From contig CAZFBN010000004.1 in assembly GCA_964517145.1 (NCBI GenBank), forward strand, positions 3,461 to 67,460: a stretch of DNA of 64,000 nt, read 5' to 3'. Below the pieces are notes generated by a model, which was not told where the DNA came from, did not search any database, and saw only the letters and a program-made list of their open reading frames with translations. Every line of letters starts with the position of its first letter. Within the stretch, counting starts at the first letter, position 1. This document shows, one piece after another, positions 54,277 to 63,661 of this stretch. The DNA is from an uncultured Saprospiraceae bacterium. GTDB taxonomy: Bacteria; Bacteroidota; Bacteroidia; Chitinophagales; Saprospiraceae. Made by a program: the position numbers and the translations under genes.

Positions 54277-55818
54277 ATGTCAGAACCCAACAATCCGGTT
54301 AAAGCTTTAGGCAACACTCGCAATAGCAAAGGGCTCGTAAAAAAACGGAGCGAGGAGTTGTCGGATTATGTGTTTGGCAAAGTACCGCCTCAGGCATTGG
54401 CGCTGGAAGAAGCCGTGTTGGGGGCGCTGATGCTTGACAAAGACGCGATGTCTATTGTAATGGACATTTTGCGACCGGACAGTTATTATACAGAAGCACA
54501 CCAGTTGATTTATAAAGCAATGCTCCAATTATTTGAGCATTCGCAACCCATTGATTTATTGACGGTAATGGAGCAGTTAAAAAAAACAGGGGATCTGGAA
54601 ACAACGGGCGGACCGGCGTACCTGGCTTCTTTGACCAATAAAGTGGCTTCTGCTGCCAATATTGAATTTCATGCGCGTATCATTGCTCAAAAATTCATTC
54701 AGCGGGAGTTGATTCGGGTTTCTACCAATGTAATTCGCGACGCATTTGAAGATACAACCGATGTGTTCGACCTTTTGGACGCTGCCGAACAAGGGTTGTT
54801 TTCTATTGCAGAAAAAAACATGAGTCGCGGCTACGAGGCAATGTCTTCGCTCGCCAGCAAAGTTTATAAACAATTGCAGGAAGTCAAAGACAAAGAAGAC
54901 GGTCTGACGGGTATTCCTTCGGGGTTTACAGAATTGGATCGCCTCACGTCGGGTTGGCAGCCTTCCGATTTGATTATCATTGCAGCACGCCCTGGTATGG
55001 GTAAAACCGCATTCGTGCTTTCCGCTGCGCGCAACACCGCAGTTGAATTCAGCAAAGGCGTGGCGATTTTTTCTTTGGAAATGTCGAGCGTACAGCTTGC
55101 GCTGCGTATGATAGCGATGGAAGCGGAAGTATCTTCGAGTAAATTACGCAATGGGCAGTTTGACCAAGATGAAAGCGTGCGCTTGAATGCTGCCATCGAG
55201 CGCATCGGTGAAGCCCCTATTTTCATTGACGATACAGCGGGTATCAATATCTTTGAACTCCGAGCCAAGTGCCGTCGCATGAAAATGCAGCACGATATTC
55301 AGTTGATTATCATTGACTACTTGCAACTGATGAGTGGTGGCGGCGACAATCAGCGCGGCAATCGCGAACAAGAAGTAAGTGCCATTTCGAGAGCGCTGAA
55401 AGCATTGGCAAAAGAGTTGAGCGTACCGGTTATTGCCTTGTCGCAGCTGAGCCGGGCAGTGGAAGTGCGCGGTGGCAGCAAGCGTCCGCAGCTGAGTGAT
55501 TTGAGAGAATCGGGATCTATCGAACAAGATGCTGATATTGTGTCGTTTATATATCGTCCAGAATATTATGGAATAACGGAAGACCCGGAAGGACAATCAT
55601 TAAAAGGGGTAGCCGAAATTATTGTTGCAAAACACAGAAATGGCGCTTTGAAAGACGTACGTTTGCGGTTTACCGATCAGTTTGCGCGTTTTTCCGATTT
55701 AGACGATACCAGCTTTGGCGATTTTTCTTTTGATACCGCGCCGAGCGATTCTTCCGCTTCGTCGGGCATTATTACGCGTCCTTCAAAAATGAATGAAGAT
55801 GAAGATATTCCGTTTTGA
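54277..55818 (+). CDS. dnaB: Replicative DNA helicase DnaB
   Basis: PPQALALEEAVLGALMLD, Walker A ARPGMGKTAF, Walker B IIIDYLQLM, and SQLSRAVE. No intein is present. Confidence 0.95.
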   Translation: MSEPNNPVKALGNTRNSKGLVKKRSEELSDYVFGKVPPQALALEEAVLGALMLDKDAMSIVMDILRPDSYYTEAHQLIYKAMLQLFEHSQPIDLLTVMEQLKKTGDLETTGGPAYLASLTNKVASAANIEFHARIIAQKFIQRELIRVSTNVIRDAFEDTTDVFDLLDAAEQGLFSIAEKNMSRGYEAMSSLASKVYKQLQEVKDKEDGLTGIPSGFTELDRLTSGWQPSDLIIIAARPGMGKTAFVLSAARNTAVEFSKGVAIFSLEMSSVQLALRMIAMEAEVSSSKLRNGQFDQDESVRLNAAIERIGEAPIFIDDTAGINIFELRAKCRRMKMQHDIQLIIIDYLQLMSGGGDNQRGNREQEVSAISRALKALAKELSVPVIALSQLSRAVEVRGGSKRPQLSDLRESGSIEQDADIVSFIYRPEYYGITEDPEGQSLKGVAEIIVAKHRNGALKDVRLRFTDQFARFSDLDDTSFGDFSFDTAPSDSSASSGIITRPSKMNEDEDIPF

Positions 55819-55847
55819 TGGAATATTGGAAAATGGAATAAATAAAA

Positions 55848-56774
55848 ATGGACAGAAAAAGACGACCCTCTGGGCGAGATAACAACAAGGATCGAGCGCG
55901 GAGCACGAGGCAGAAGCGCAGTGGCGATGAAGAACAAAGACGTTCTTTTGGCAGAAAACCTCGTCCGGCGAGATCGGAGGATGAAAGACCTCGGCGCAAT
56001 GAGTTGCGGCAATCCACAACGAAACATAAAGCATTCAAGCCCTCAGCGGATGAAAACGAACCCATGCGCCTCAACAAATACATTGCGCACTGCGGCATCA
56101 GCTCGCGTCGGCAGGCGGTGGAATTTGTAAAAAAAGGGGAAGTGACCGTCAACGGCGAAGTGGTCAAAGAGCCCTTTTATCTGGTGCAACCACAGGATAA
56201 AGTGACTTACAAAGGCAAATTGATAAAACCCGAAGCCAACAAGGTTTACATTTTAATGAATAAACCCAAAGGATACCTGACTACCGTAACGGATGATCGC
56301 GGTAGAAAAACGGTGATGGATTTGCTGAAAGGCAAAGTGGAGGAGCGCATTTTTCCGGTTGGAAGGCTCGACCGCGCTACGACCGGGCTTTTGCTGCTGA
56401 CGAATGACGGCGACCTGGCAAAAAAACTTTCGCACCCGAGCCACAAAGTGAAAAAATTGTATCACGTAGTGCTCGACAAACCAGTTGCCAAAGTGGATTT
56501 GGAAAAAATCAAAAAAGGCGTAGAACTAGAAGATGGGGTCGCTCAAGTGGATGGGGTGGATTATGTCAATGATGCCCCTAAAAATGAGGTTGGCATTGAA
56601 TTACACATTGGTAAAAATCGTATTGTAAGACGAATTTTTGAACACTTGGGCTATCAGGTCGAAAAACTGGATCGGATGTATTATGCCGGGTTGACCAAAA
56701 AAGACCTCCCGCGCGGATTTTTTCGCCATTTAACTGAAAAAGAAGTAATTATGCTCAAGCATTTTACTAAATAG
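55848..56774 (+). CDS. RsuA/RluB/RluF-family pseudouridine synthase with a ~70 aa highly charged N-terminal extension
   Basis: S4 domain (MRLNKYIAHCGISSRRQAVEFVKKGEVTVNG) and catalytic GRLDRATTGLLLLTNDG. An alternative start is the internal ATG at codon 73 (about 56064). Confidence 0.8.
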   Translation: MDRKRRPSGRDNNKDRARSTRQKRSGDEEQRRSFGRKPRPARSEDERPRRNELRQSTTKHKAFKPSADENEPMRLNKYIAHCGISSRRQAVEFVKKGEVTVNGEVVKEPFYLVQPQDKVTYKGKLIKPEANKVYILMNKPKGYLTTVTDDRGRKTVMDLLKGKVEERIFPVGRLDRATTGLLLLTNDGDLAKKLSHPSHKVKKLYHVVLDKPVAKVDLEKIKKGVELEDGVAQVDGVDYVNDAPKNEVGIELHIGKNRIVRRIFEHLGYQVEKLDRMYYAGLTKKDLPRGFFRHLTEKEVIMLKHFTK

Positions 56775-56868
56775 CTATTTATTTCTTATTTGAAATTTGA
56801 CGTTTCTGCAAAGCGTTGACAATAAACTAATTAAAAACGTCAAATAAAAAATTTTGAATTAAAAATAG

Positions 56869-58209
56869 TTATCGAACCAAGCCACCCACTAACCGAATTA
56901 ATTCTGTTTCAGTCGTTTTTAAATTAAAAATAGCATTCAAGCGTGATTGCGTTGCATTGATATAAGACAATTGCACCTGCCGATAGTCGAAAATATTAAC
57001 CAAACCTGCTTCAAATCGGTCTTCGGCGATAGCCAGGCTGCGTCGTGCATTTTCCACCAATTGATTCGTGACTTGTACCAATTGTTTTTGATTGTTATAC
57101 GTTGCTAGCGTATTTTCCAAGTCCCCGGAAATAGTGCGTTTGTAATCTTCAATATCCAATTGAGCAATGATTTCGCGCACCCGTGCATTTTCAATATTTC
57201 GGCGACGCACGCCCCAATCAAAAATATTATAAACCGCAGAAAAATTGATAAAAGTATTAAGGTTGTTGGTGCCCACGCCGCCGAGGTCGCGCGTATCGCC
57301 ACTTGCCACGGTACTCGTTCCCACCAGGTTATTATTCAAACCAAAGGTGCTGCCTGCCCGAAGCCCCACGAACGGATATTTTGTCGTTTCAATCAAACGA
57401 GTGCTCAATTGTGCCAATTCACGATTGATAAACAAATTTTGCAACGTCCGGTTATTGGCAAGTATGCGCGTACGCAGGTCCTGAGCAGCATAATTCTGCG
57501 CATCAAATTCCAACTGATCCGTCAGCTGATAACGGCGGCTGAGGTCATCCACGCCCATCGCCAAATTCAGGCTGCGGAGTGCATTTTCAAAGGTGTTTTG
57601 TTGAATCAAATAACTTGTGGAGTCGTTGATGTAAGCATCCTGCGATTGTAACACATCAAAAGAAGCCGCCTGCCCAAATTCCTGGCGAGCGATGGTATAA
57701 TCCAGGCGCTCTTTCGATAGTTTGAGCACTTCTTCGCGCACACCGAGCTGCTCTTGCTGCACCAAAGCTTGATAATACGCCAAAATAATATCCTGAATGG
57801 AATTTTCCACCATAATTTGCACACTGCCCTGGCTGAGCAATTCCAATTGTTCCAATTGCTGCTTCGTTACCCGCACGCGTCCGCCATTGTACAAGGTCCA
57901 ATTCAATTCAACGCCTGGCGAAATGTTAGAAGTCACCAAATTGCTTTGACGCACAAAAGAAGCCGGATTTTTAGTGTTATTAGCTCGACTGTAGCCGTTG
58001 TTCCAGTTAAGCGTTGCATCCAATGATGGATAGCGCCCAGCGATGCTCCAATCATTTTGCTTTTGCGCAATTTCCAGTTCCCGCTCGGCAATTTGAATTT
58101 GATAATTATTTTGCAAACCTAACGCAATTGCTTGCTGAAGGCTGAGATTTTCCTGACTAAAGGCTGCGGTTAATGCAAGTAAATAAATGAAGGTGAGACA
58201 AATACGCAT
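56869..58209 (-). CDS. TolC family outer membrane efflux protein
   Basis: Signal peptide, then LSLQQAIALGLQNNYQIQIAERE and duplicated OEP repeats. Confidence 0.8.
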   Translation of the reverse strand: MRICLTFIYLLALTAAFSQENLSLQQAIALGLQNNYQIQIAERELEIAQKQNDWSIAGRYPSLDATLNWNNGYSRANNTKNPASFVRQSNLVTSNISPGVELNWTLYNGGRVRVTKQQLEQLELLSQGSVQIMVENSIQDIILAYYQALVQQEQLGVREEVLKLSKERLDYTIARQEFGQAASFDVLQSQDAYINDSTSYLIQQNTFENALRSLNLAMGVDDLSRRYQLTDQLEFDAQNYAAQDLRTRILANNRTLQNLFINRELAQLSTRLIETTKYPFVGLRAGSTFGLNNNLVGTSTVASGDTRDLGGVGTNNLNTFINFSAVYNIFDWGVRRRNIENARVREIIAQLDIEDYKRTISGDLENTLATYNNQKQLVQVTNQLVENARRSLAIAEDRFEAGLVNIFDYRQVQLSYINATQSRLNAIFNLKTTETELIRLVGGLVR

Positions 58210-58364
58210 GGTTGAAAATTCTATTTTTTAGAATGATGATTGTAGCGTTTATTATAATATAAAATATTGATAAAATGTAAATTTTAAATAACTGCCATTT
58301 TATTATATTCTATTTAAAATACTTTACAAAATAAAAAAAACATTAAAATGTAATACTTTTAAAA

Positions 58365-58871
58365 TCAGCTGTCTAAAACCTTTGGAACTTCGGTTTGAAC
58401 CTCTGGCTTCGTATCCAATGAAAAAATTCTCCGTTCAAAAGCAAAACGCTTGGAGAAAAAATTATATACAAATACCAAAAGCATGGTACTAATTTTCATA
58501 ACCTGTGGATTGTGTGCAAAAAATGGCATTTTTACAAACACCCACGTCAGCCCTGCGCTCAGCGCAATGCCGCCCGCCGACACCAGGATGTACAACGCAA
58601 AAATAACCGAAGCTGCCCGTCTTTGCTCAAATATAAACCGTTTGTGTAGTACATAATTGAACAGTACGCCACTAGCATAAGCAATCATGTCGGCGATTAC
58701 ACTTTTACGTTTGAACTCGGGTAGGGTTGTATCGAGTTGATCCAAATCAAAACCCCAGTAAAACAGCACGTTGAACACCGTAAAATTGACCACCGAAGCC
58801 ATTGCTCCGGTTATGGCAAATTTTGCAAACAGCAACAAAAAACGCTTCATTCGTTCGCGGAAGTCATTCAT
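58365..58871 (-). CDS. GtrA-family membrane protein
   Basis: ATG at 58871 (MNDFRERMKRFLLLFAKFAITGAMASVVNFTVFNVLF...), with four TM helices and the ending FFSKRFAF that is typical of GtrA. Confidence 0.7.
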   Translation of the reverse strand: MNDFRERMKRFLLLFAKFAITGAMASVVNFTVFNVLFYWGFDLDQLDTTLPEFKRKSVIADMIAYASGVLFNYVLHKRFIFEQRRAASVIFALYILVSAGGIALSAGLTWVFVKMPFFAHNPQVMKISTMLLVFVYNFFSKRFAFERRIFSLDTKPEVQTEVPKVLDS

Positions 58872-59012
58872 AACTAGACACTTATCAAAAGAGGATGCCT
58901 TATTGGATGAATCCTCTTCAAATCCGCCGCAAATTACTGCTTTTAGACAAAGACGGGCATTATTATTTTCCCAATGAAAAAGTTGCACAGGGACTTTTTA
59001 ACAGAAAGATAA

Positions 59013-59552
59013 CTACCCGCGCCTTAATTCTTCGTGAAAAAACGCGCGCACCTCCGCCCAATTATTCACACGGGTGAAGCCGGTTTCGTGAATGTTGTGC
59101 GAAGCCGTATATAACAAGCCTTTGCCGCGGAAAGTTTGCAGGTTAAAAACATGATCGTCAATCATATATTCAGCGCCGATGATGCTTTTGTCGCCGCAAA
59201 ACACAAAATTTTTCCAGGGAATAAAAGGAAAATGCGTTAACAGCCAGTCGTACTTGTCTTCCAGCGAGTGCCTAAATTCCATGGCAGCAGTGGTGATAAA
59301 AATGTCAAAATCATCCATGAGTTCGCGCACCACTTCTTGGCTACCAGGCATGACGGGCAGATCGGCAAAAAAGCCGCGTTCAAACAAAAATTCGCGGATG
59401 CGGTCGGCGCCGTTGATCTGGTAAATTTTTTTACCCCAGTAATCCGCCTTCGCCAGTCGAACGCCCATTTCGCGTTCGTACAAATCGAGGAATTTTGGAC
59501 CAATATCGGCTATCACCTCGTCCATATCTATGGCAATGCGCTTGCGTTCCAT
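59013..59552 (-). CDS. 5'(3')-deoxyribonucleotidase (HAD superfamily, NT5C type)
   Basis: RIAIDMDEVIAD (the DxDxV motif) and a fold length of 179 aa. Confidence 0.75.
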   Translation of the reverse strand: MERKRIAIDMDEVIADIGPKFLDLYEREMGVRLAKADYWGKKIYQINGADRIREFLFERGFFADLPVMPGSQEVVRELMDDFDIFITTAAMEFRHSLEDKYDWLLTHFPFIPWKNFVFCGDKSIIGAEYMIDDHVFNLQTFRGKGLLYTASHNIHETGFTRVNNWAEVRAFFHEELRRG

Positions 59553-59618
59553 ACTTACTTGGTTTTAAACTGTAATTGCCGTGAAGATAGGCAGCAGGTG
59601 TGAACTGATCGTTAAATT

Positions 59619-59694
59619 GGAGGATTGGAAAATGGAAAGATTGGAAAATGGGATGTTCGCATTGCAAATTCAACATTCCACTTTCCAATATTCC
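59619..59694. repeat. GGAA/TTCC-phased palindromic intergenic repeat
   Basis: GGAG/GGAA is at 59619, 59627, 59634, 59643 and 59651. The loop is cgcattgcaaattc. Then caacattcca and TTCC at 59676, 59683 and 59691. The stem is tgggatgtt/aacattcca. Confidence 0.65.
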
Positions 59695-59703
59695 ATATTT
59701 ATT

Positions 59704-60000
59704 TTAATTCAAAGAAAAAGGCACTAAGACCTCGTAGGTATTGTGAAACATGAGTTCCGATACATTTGGTGTCATATAAGGACTCAACGGCATATCGGCG
59801 ATCATTTCCATCACTTCAAACTCAGAATCCGCATGGGCTACCACCCACAACCGCGAGCGGTCAATCGCCAGCGAATAGGATTTGATTTTGCCTTCCGCCA
59901 TCAGATTGTTAATCACATAGCGTTGGCGCGGCACCAATGAAAAGAATTCTTCATCGGGCGCGTCAGGCAAATCAAATTCAATCATGAATGCTTTACTCAT
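59704..60000 (-). CDS. Small muconolactone-isomerase-like (ferredoxin-fold) protein
   Basis: ATG at 60000 (MSKAFMIEFDLPD...), 98 aa. The family resemblance is judged by eye only. Confidence 0.45.
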   Translation of the reverse strand: MSKAFMIEFDLPDAPDEEFFSLVPRQRYVINNLMAEGKIKSYSLAIDRSRLWVVAHADSEFEVMEMIADMPLSPYMTPNVSELMFHNTYEVLVPFSLN

Positions 60001-60120
60001 ATATTCCTCGATTTTTACTCTTATAAAATGCAAAATCCTGGGCAAAAGTTGCATCCGGTAATTGGTGTAAGTGTAAGCTATTCGACAGAAGCGCTTCCTC
60101 ACACCGACAGACCACGCGCT

Positions 60121-60978
60121 TTAATCTATGTAAACACCCATTTTGCCCATTTGATAATCGCGCATGGCTTCCATGATTTCCGTTTGCGTGTTCATCACAT
60201 ATGGTCCCCAGGAAGCAACCGGCTCATTCAACGGCGCACCGGCAAGTATCAACAAACGACAATCGGCAGTTGCCTTTATTAAAAAGCCGTCACCATCATT
60301 TTTAAAATATAATAAAGTTTCATCACCGTATTCAAAACCACTGCTCAATTTTATATTTCCATTTAAAATATAAGCCAACGCATTATAATTTTCAGGAATT
60401 TCTATAAAAGTTTCGCCACCCACCTGCAAATCTGCTTTTATTGCTAGCATCGGCGAGTACGTCATGGCTGGACCTTGTTTGCCACGAAATGTTCCGGCTA
60501 CCAGCGTCAAAGTTACTTTTTCTTCTTCAATAATCGGCATTTCCGATGATTTTATATCTTGATAGCGCGGTTGTACCATTTTATATTTTTTCGGTAAATT
60601 GACCCACAACTGAATGCCCTCAAGTGTTCCGCCATTTTCAAGAAAAGTTTTTGAAGCTTTTTCGCTGTGAATGATGCCCATGCCTGCCGTCATCCATTGC
60701 ACGTCGCCACCTGACAAAATGCCCTCGTTGCCTCGGCTATCTTTGTGTCGAATGCCGCCGCTAAACAGAAAAGTGACTGGCTCAAAGCCTCGGTGCGGAT
60801 GCGGACCTAAGTCTATCGGGTCGTACCCTGCCTGCGCTTGGATCGGACCAAAATGGTGCAAGAGCAAAAACGGATCGATCTGATCTACTCGCATCGTGGG
60901 CAATGGTTGTTTGACACTAAATTCGCCCATATGGATGGTTTCGCCCTTTAAAATTTGGGCGATGCTGCGTGATTTCAT
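60121..60978 (-). CDS. Pirin family protein
   Basis: FLLLHHFGP ... GPHPHRGFEPVTFLFSG...HKDSRGNEGIL..GDVQWMTAGMGIIHSE. Confidence 0.85.
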   Translation of the reverse strand: MKSRSIAQILKGETIHMGEFSVKQPLPTMRVDQIDPFLLLHHFGPIQAQAGYDPIDLGPHPHRGFEPVTFLFSGGIRHKDSRGNEGILSGGDVQWMTAGMGIIHSEKASKTFLENGGTLEGIQLWVNLPKKYKMVQPRYQDIKSSEMPIIEEEKVTLTLVAGTFRGKQGPAMTYSPMLAIKADLQVGGETFIEIPENYNALAYILNGNIKLSSGFEYGDETLLYFKNDGDGFLIKATADCRLLILAGAPLNEPVASWGPYVMNTQTEIMEAMRDYQMGKMGVYID

Positions 60979-61077
60979 AAGATTTTCTTTTTGAAGTTCA
61001 AACATTGATTAGTATGCAAATTTGAATCCAATGGAAAGAAACCTGCCATTTTGACAAAAAAATGAAAATGGCGGTGT

Positions 61078-61389
61078 TTACTCTTCTGTATGAATGATGT
61101 TAAGCTTAGCGACCAATTCGGGTGTAATAGATTCACTATAAACGCCATATGCATCTAACAACGTGCCACGGAGACCGTCTTCCGTTTCAACTGCATACAC
61201 CACCAAATTGTCATCCGGGTTGGTCATTCCTTCAAAACGATAAACCTCCAAAACATTGAATTGCTCAGGCTGATACAGGCTTTGTTTGGATTTGCACTCG
61301 ATACAATTTTCCAACAGGTTGAAATCATATTCAAACCCACGCGATTGCAGGTCTTGAAGTGCTTGAGCAAGGGTGTCGTAGGAATGCAT
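61078..61389 (-). CDS. Hypothetical small protein (103 aa)
   Basis: Clean ORF starting MHSYDTLAQALQDLQSRGFEYDFNL. I believe this small family is conserved in Bacteroidota, but the function is unknown. Confidence 0.5.
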   Translation of the reverse strand: MHSYDTLAQALQDLQSRGFEYDFNLLENCIECKSKQSLYQPEQFNVLEVYRFEGMTNPDDNLVVYAVETEDGLRGTLLDAYGVYSESITPELVAKLNIIHTEE

Positions 61390-61574
61390 AGTAAAATTGT
61401 GATTTTAATTATATACCTTTTATCATTTTGCTGTTACATTCGTCAGCATTTACTTTAAACAAGCGGCGTCCTTGTAAGTTTATCGGATTATTTTGAATTT
61501 ACTTGCCTCCGCAATTGTTATGGTTTTATAAAATATTGAAATAACACATCATTTCTGCTTATATTTACGTTTTG

Positions 61575-63314
61575 ATGAAAACATATCACTCAAACATGCA
61601 CAAACTGCCATTCTTACTGATGCTATTTTGGTGCGTTGCCACCATTTTACCGGCGCAGAATTATTACACCATTCAGCTGGGTACGTTTCTGGATGCACAA
61701 CGCGAAGATTTTAGCGCCATACAGCCCTTGGGATTTGTTCATGCCGATAAAACGGGTACTAACTTGTATGTGATATATGTGGGGGGCTATACAAGCCGCG
61801 CCAGTGCTGAAAAAGTCTGGCAACAAGTGAGAAATAAAGGTTATGTGAATGCTTTTATTCAGGAACGTATTCCTGGACAGGGGCAGCCGGTGACGATGAT
61901 TCAAATTGCGACACGCAATACAACCAAACCCATCAATTGGGAAGAATATGCCAACATCGGCGAGCTGTATGCGAGTATTGAAGGCACTTCCGTTAAAATT
62001 CTAACGGGCACTTATAGCAACATAGACGCGGCAAAACCGGCATTGAATGCAATTAAAAAAGCGGGTTTTAAAGACGCATTTATTAAAAATATGAATACAA
62101 TTTATTTACATAAATTGTCAGAATTTGAAACAAATCTAAAAAAGCCGCTTATTCCATTAACATTAGGAGGAAATTCATCTGATAACATGCAGCAAACGCC
62201 GCCTAGTTATGATACTCGTCCTAATAACGCTAATATTCCTACCATTTACGATCAAGGAATCTTTACTGCCAAAACACCTCAATCTACCGTTGCTCCGCCG
62301 GTTCAAAAAGTAGCGACGCCCACGGCGCCACGCATTCGCTCCAACGTGAAACGCACGTCGGCATTGGATTTGCAAAAAATATTAAAAGCTGAAGGATATT
62401 ACAAAGGTAGTCTTGATGGGTACTATGGCGCGGGCACGGCGGCTGCTTATACTTCCATGATAAAAAATAGCCGGGAATTACAAAAATATTTAGTGTTAGC
62501 GAATAACACGCCCAAAACCGGAACAGCATTGCCAGCTTTGCAAAATGCGCTGAACGACCTACCTGTGGATGCCGCTGCCATTGCTACACTTCGCGCCTCC
62601 AAAGCGCCAATGGCTAAAGCGTACCAGGCTTATTATACATTTTTACTAAATGGTCCGAGTACAGAAGTAAATAACTTGATGAACACGGCGATTAAAGAAG
62701 GTTTTGGTGGTAAAAAATTGCCAACGCCCGTCCCTTTTGATTATCGAGCCACCTACGCTTACACCGATTTGGAACAATTATTGCTGCACGTGCATTATTT
62801 GCATAGCTTGCCAGATAACACCCTGATTGCCCCTTGCTGGCTGGCGCAGCGCCACCCGAAGGAAATGAAAGCCATGTTTGAGCGATATGTGACCACGGCG
62901 TCCCTCGAATATCCGCTGAAAGCTTGCGATCCATTTTTGAACTGGGAAGAAGTAAATTTGTTGAATACAATTGCCATGGATTTGAATCCTAGCAAAAAAA
63001 TCAATGCCCAGGAGTTGACAGACGCGAGTGCACTGCGCACCATATTTTATTTTGCGCCCAAGGCAATCAGCTCCGCGGATGTAAAGGATACAGAGGCTTG
63101 GAAAACCAAATTGTTTGCAGGTTTGGATCAATGGGGTGCCACTGATCCAGTCAATAAACAAACGGTCACTGCATTCAAAACAGTCTTTTATCAATCGCAG
63201 GTTCGCATGGAAGATTTCTATCAGGATAAAGGATTCAAAGCAGATGCCGCTGAAAATCTAGCCCTTGTGACGCTGCGAACGCTGGTAGAATATCATTTGG
63301 AAAGGTTTATTTAA
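61575..63314 (+). CDS. Secreted protein with two SPOR-like domains, a PG_binding_1-like domain and an uncharacterised ~270 aa C-terminal region
   Basis: SPOR-like YYTIQLGTF...GYVNAFIQE and MIQIATRN...GFKDAFIKN. PG-binding-like LDLQKILKAEGYYKGSLDGYYGAGTAAAY. The start is ATG at 61575 or 61596. Confidence 0.7.
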   Translation: MKTYHSNMHKLPFLLMLFWCVATILPAQNYYTIQLGTFLDAQREDFSAIQPLGFVHADKTGTNLYVIYVGGYTSRASAEKVWQQVRNKGYVNAFIQERIPGQGQPVTMIQIATRNTTKPINWEEYANIGELYASIEGTSVKILTGTYSNIDAAKPALNAIKKAGFKDAFIKNMNTIYLHKLSEFETNLKKPLIPLTLGGNSSDNMQQTPPSYDTRPNNANIPTIYDQGIFTAKTPQSTVAPPVQKVATPTAPRIRSNVKRTSALDLQKILKAEGYYKGSLDGYYGAGTAAAYTSMIKNSRELQKYLVLANNTPKTGTALPALQNALNDLPVDAAAIATLRASKAPMAKAYQAYYTFLLNGPSTEVNNLMNTAIKEGFGGKKLPTPVPFDYRATYAYTDLEQLLLHVHYLHSLPDNTLIAPCWLAQRHPKEMKAMFERYVTTASLEYPLKACDPFLNWEEVNLLNTIAMDLNPSKKINAQELTDASALRTIFYFAPKAISSADVKDTEAWKTKLFAGLDQWGATDPVNKQTVTAFKTVFYQSQVRMEDFYQDKGFKADAAENLALVTLRTLVEYHLERFI

Positions 63315-63661
63315 CAAGCTAAGCAAACTTCGATATTCGGTGTTAAGCGAATGAAATCGGATTTCGGTTTGTAAAACTTTTGTCATATAAAACTACCTTT
63401 TAAAAGAGAACAGACGCCTTGCCATAGTTATCTTGTAAGAGGGTATAAGAATCTGCATTCCGTGTAGTACCTTTAGCCGCGTCTTGCCAATCCATCCATT
63501 GTGCTTGGTTAAGTATTATACCAAATTTGAACGGAAAAGCGTTAATTTTGAATATTTAAGCAGCTGAAAATTAGTATTTTACTCAATTCCCAACGCGTAT
63601 TTCCCATCAAAAATGGTATTGTTTTTTTCTAATTGCTCATTTTTTAAATTTTTTCTTTTTC

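Noticed and set aside
58210-58364. The AT-rich spacer upstream of the TolC-like gene containing attcta-ttttt-tagaat, considered as a possible operator. Also the TolC gene as part of an efflux operon.
   Set aside because: A 6 bp dyad in DNA this AT-rich is expected by chance. No membrane-fusion or RND/ABC partner is adjacent, since the neighbours are a GtrA-like protein and a pseudouridine synthase. No system-level claim can be made.
63400-63545. A short minus-strand open frame reading ...FKFGIILNQAQWMDWQDAAKGTTRNADSYTLLQDNYGKASVLF-stop, in the 347 bp spacer before the desaturase gene. It could be a gene remnant or a small protein.
   Set aside because: It is only about 47 codons with no ATG, GTG or TTG at a sensible position, and I recognise no family. 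It could be the decayed 3' end of a lost gene, but I cannot support that without a homology search (tblastn/blastx of 63315-63661).
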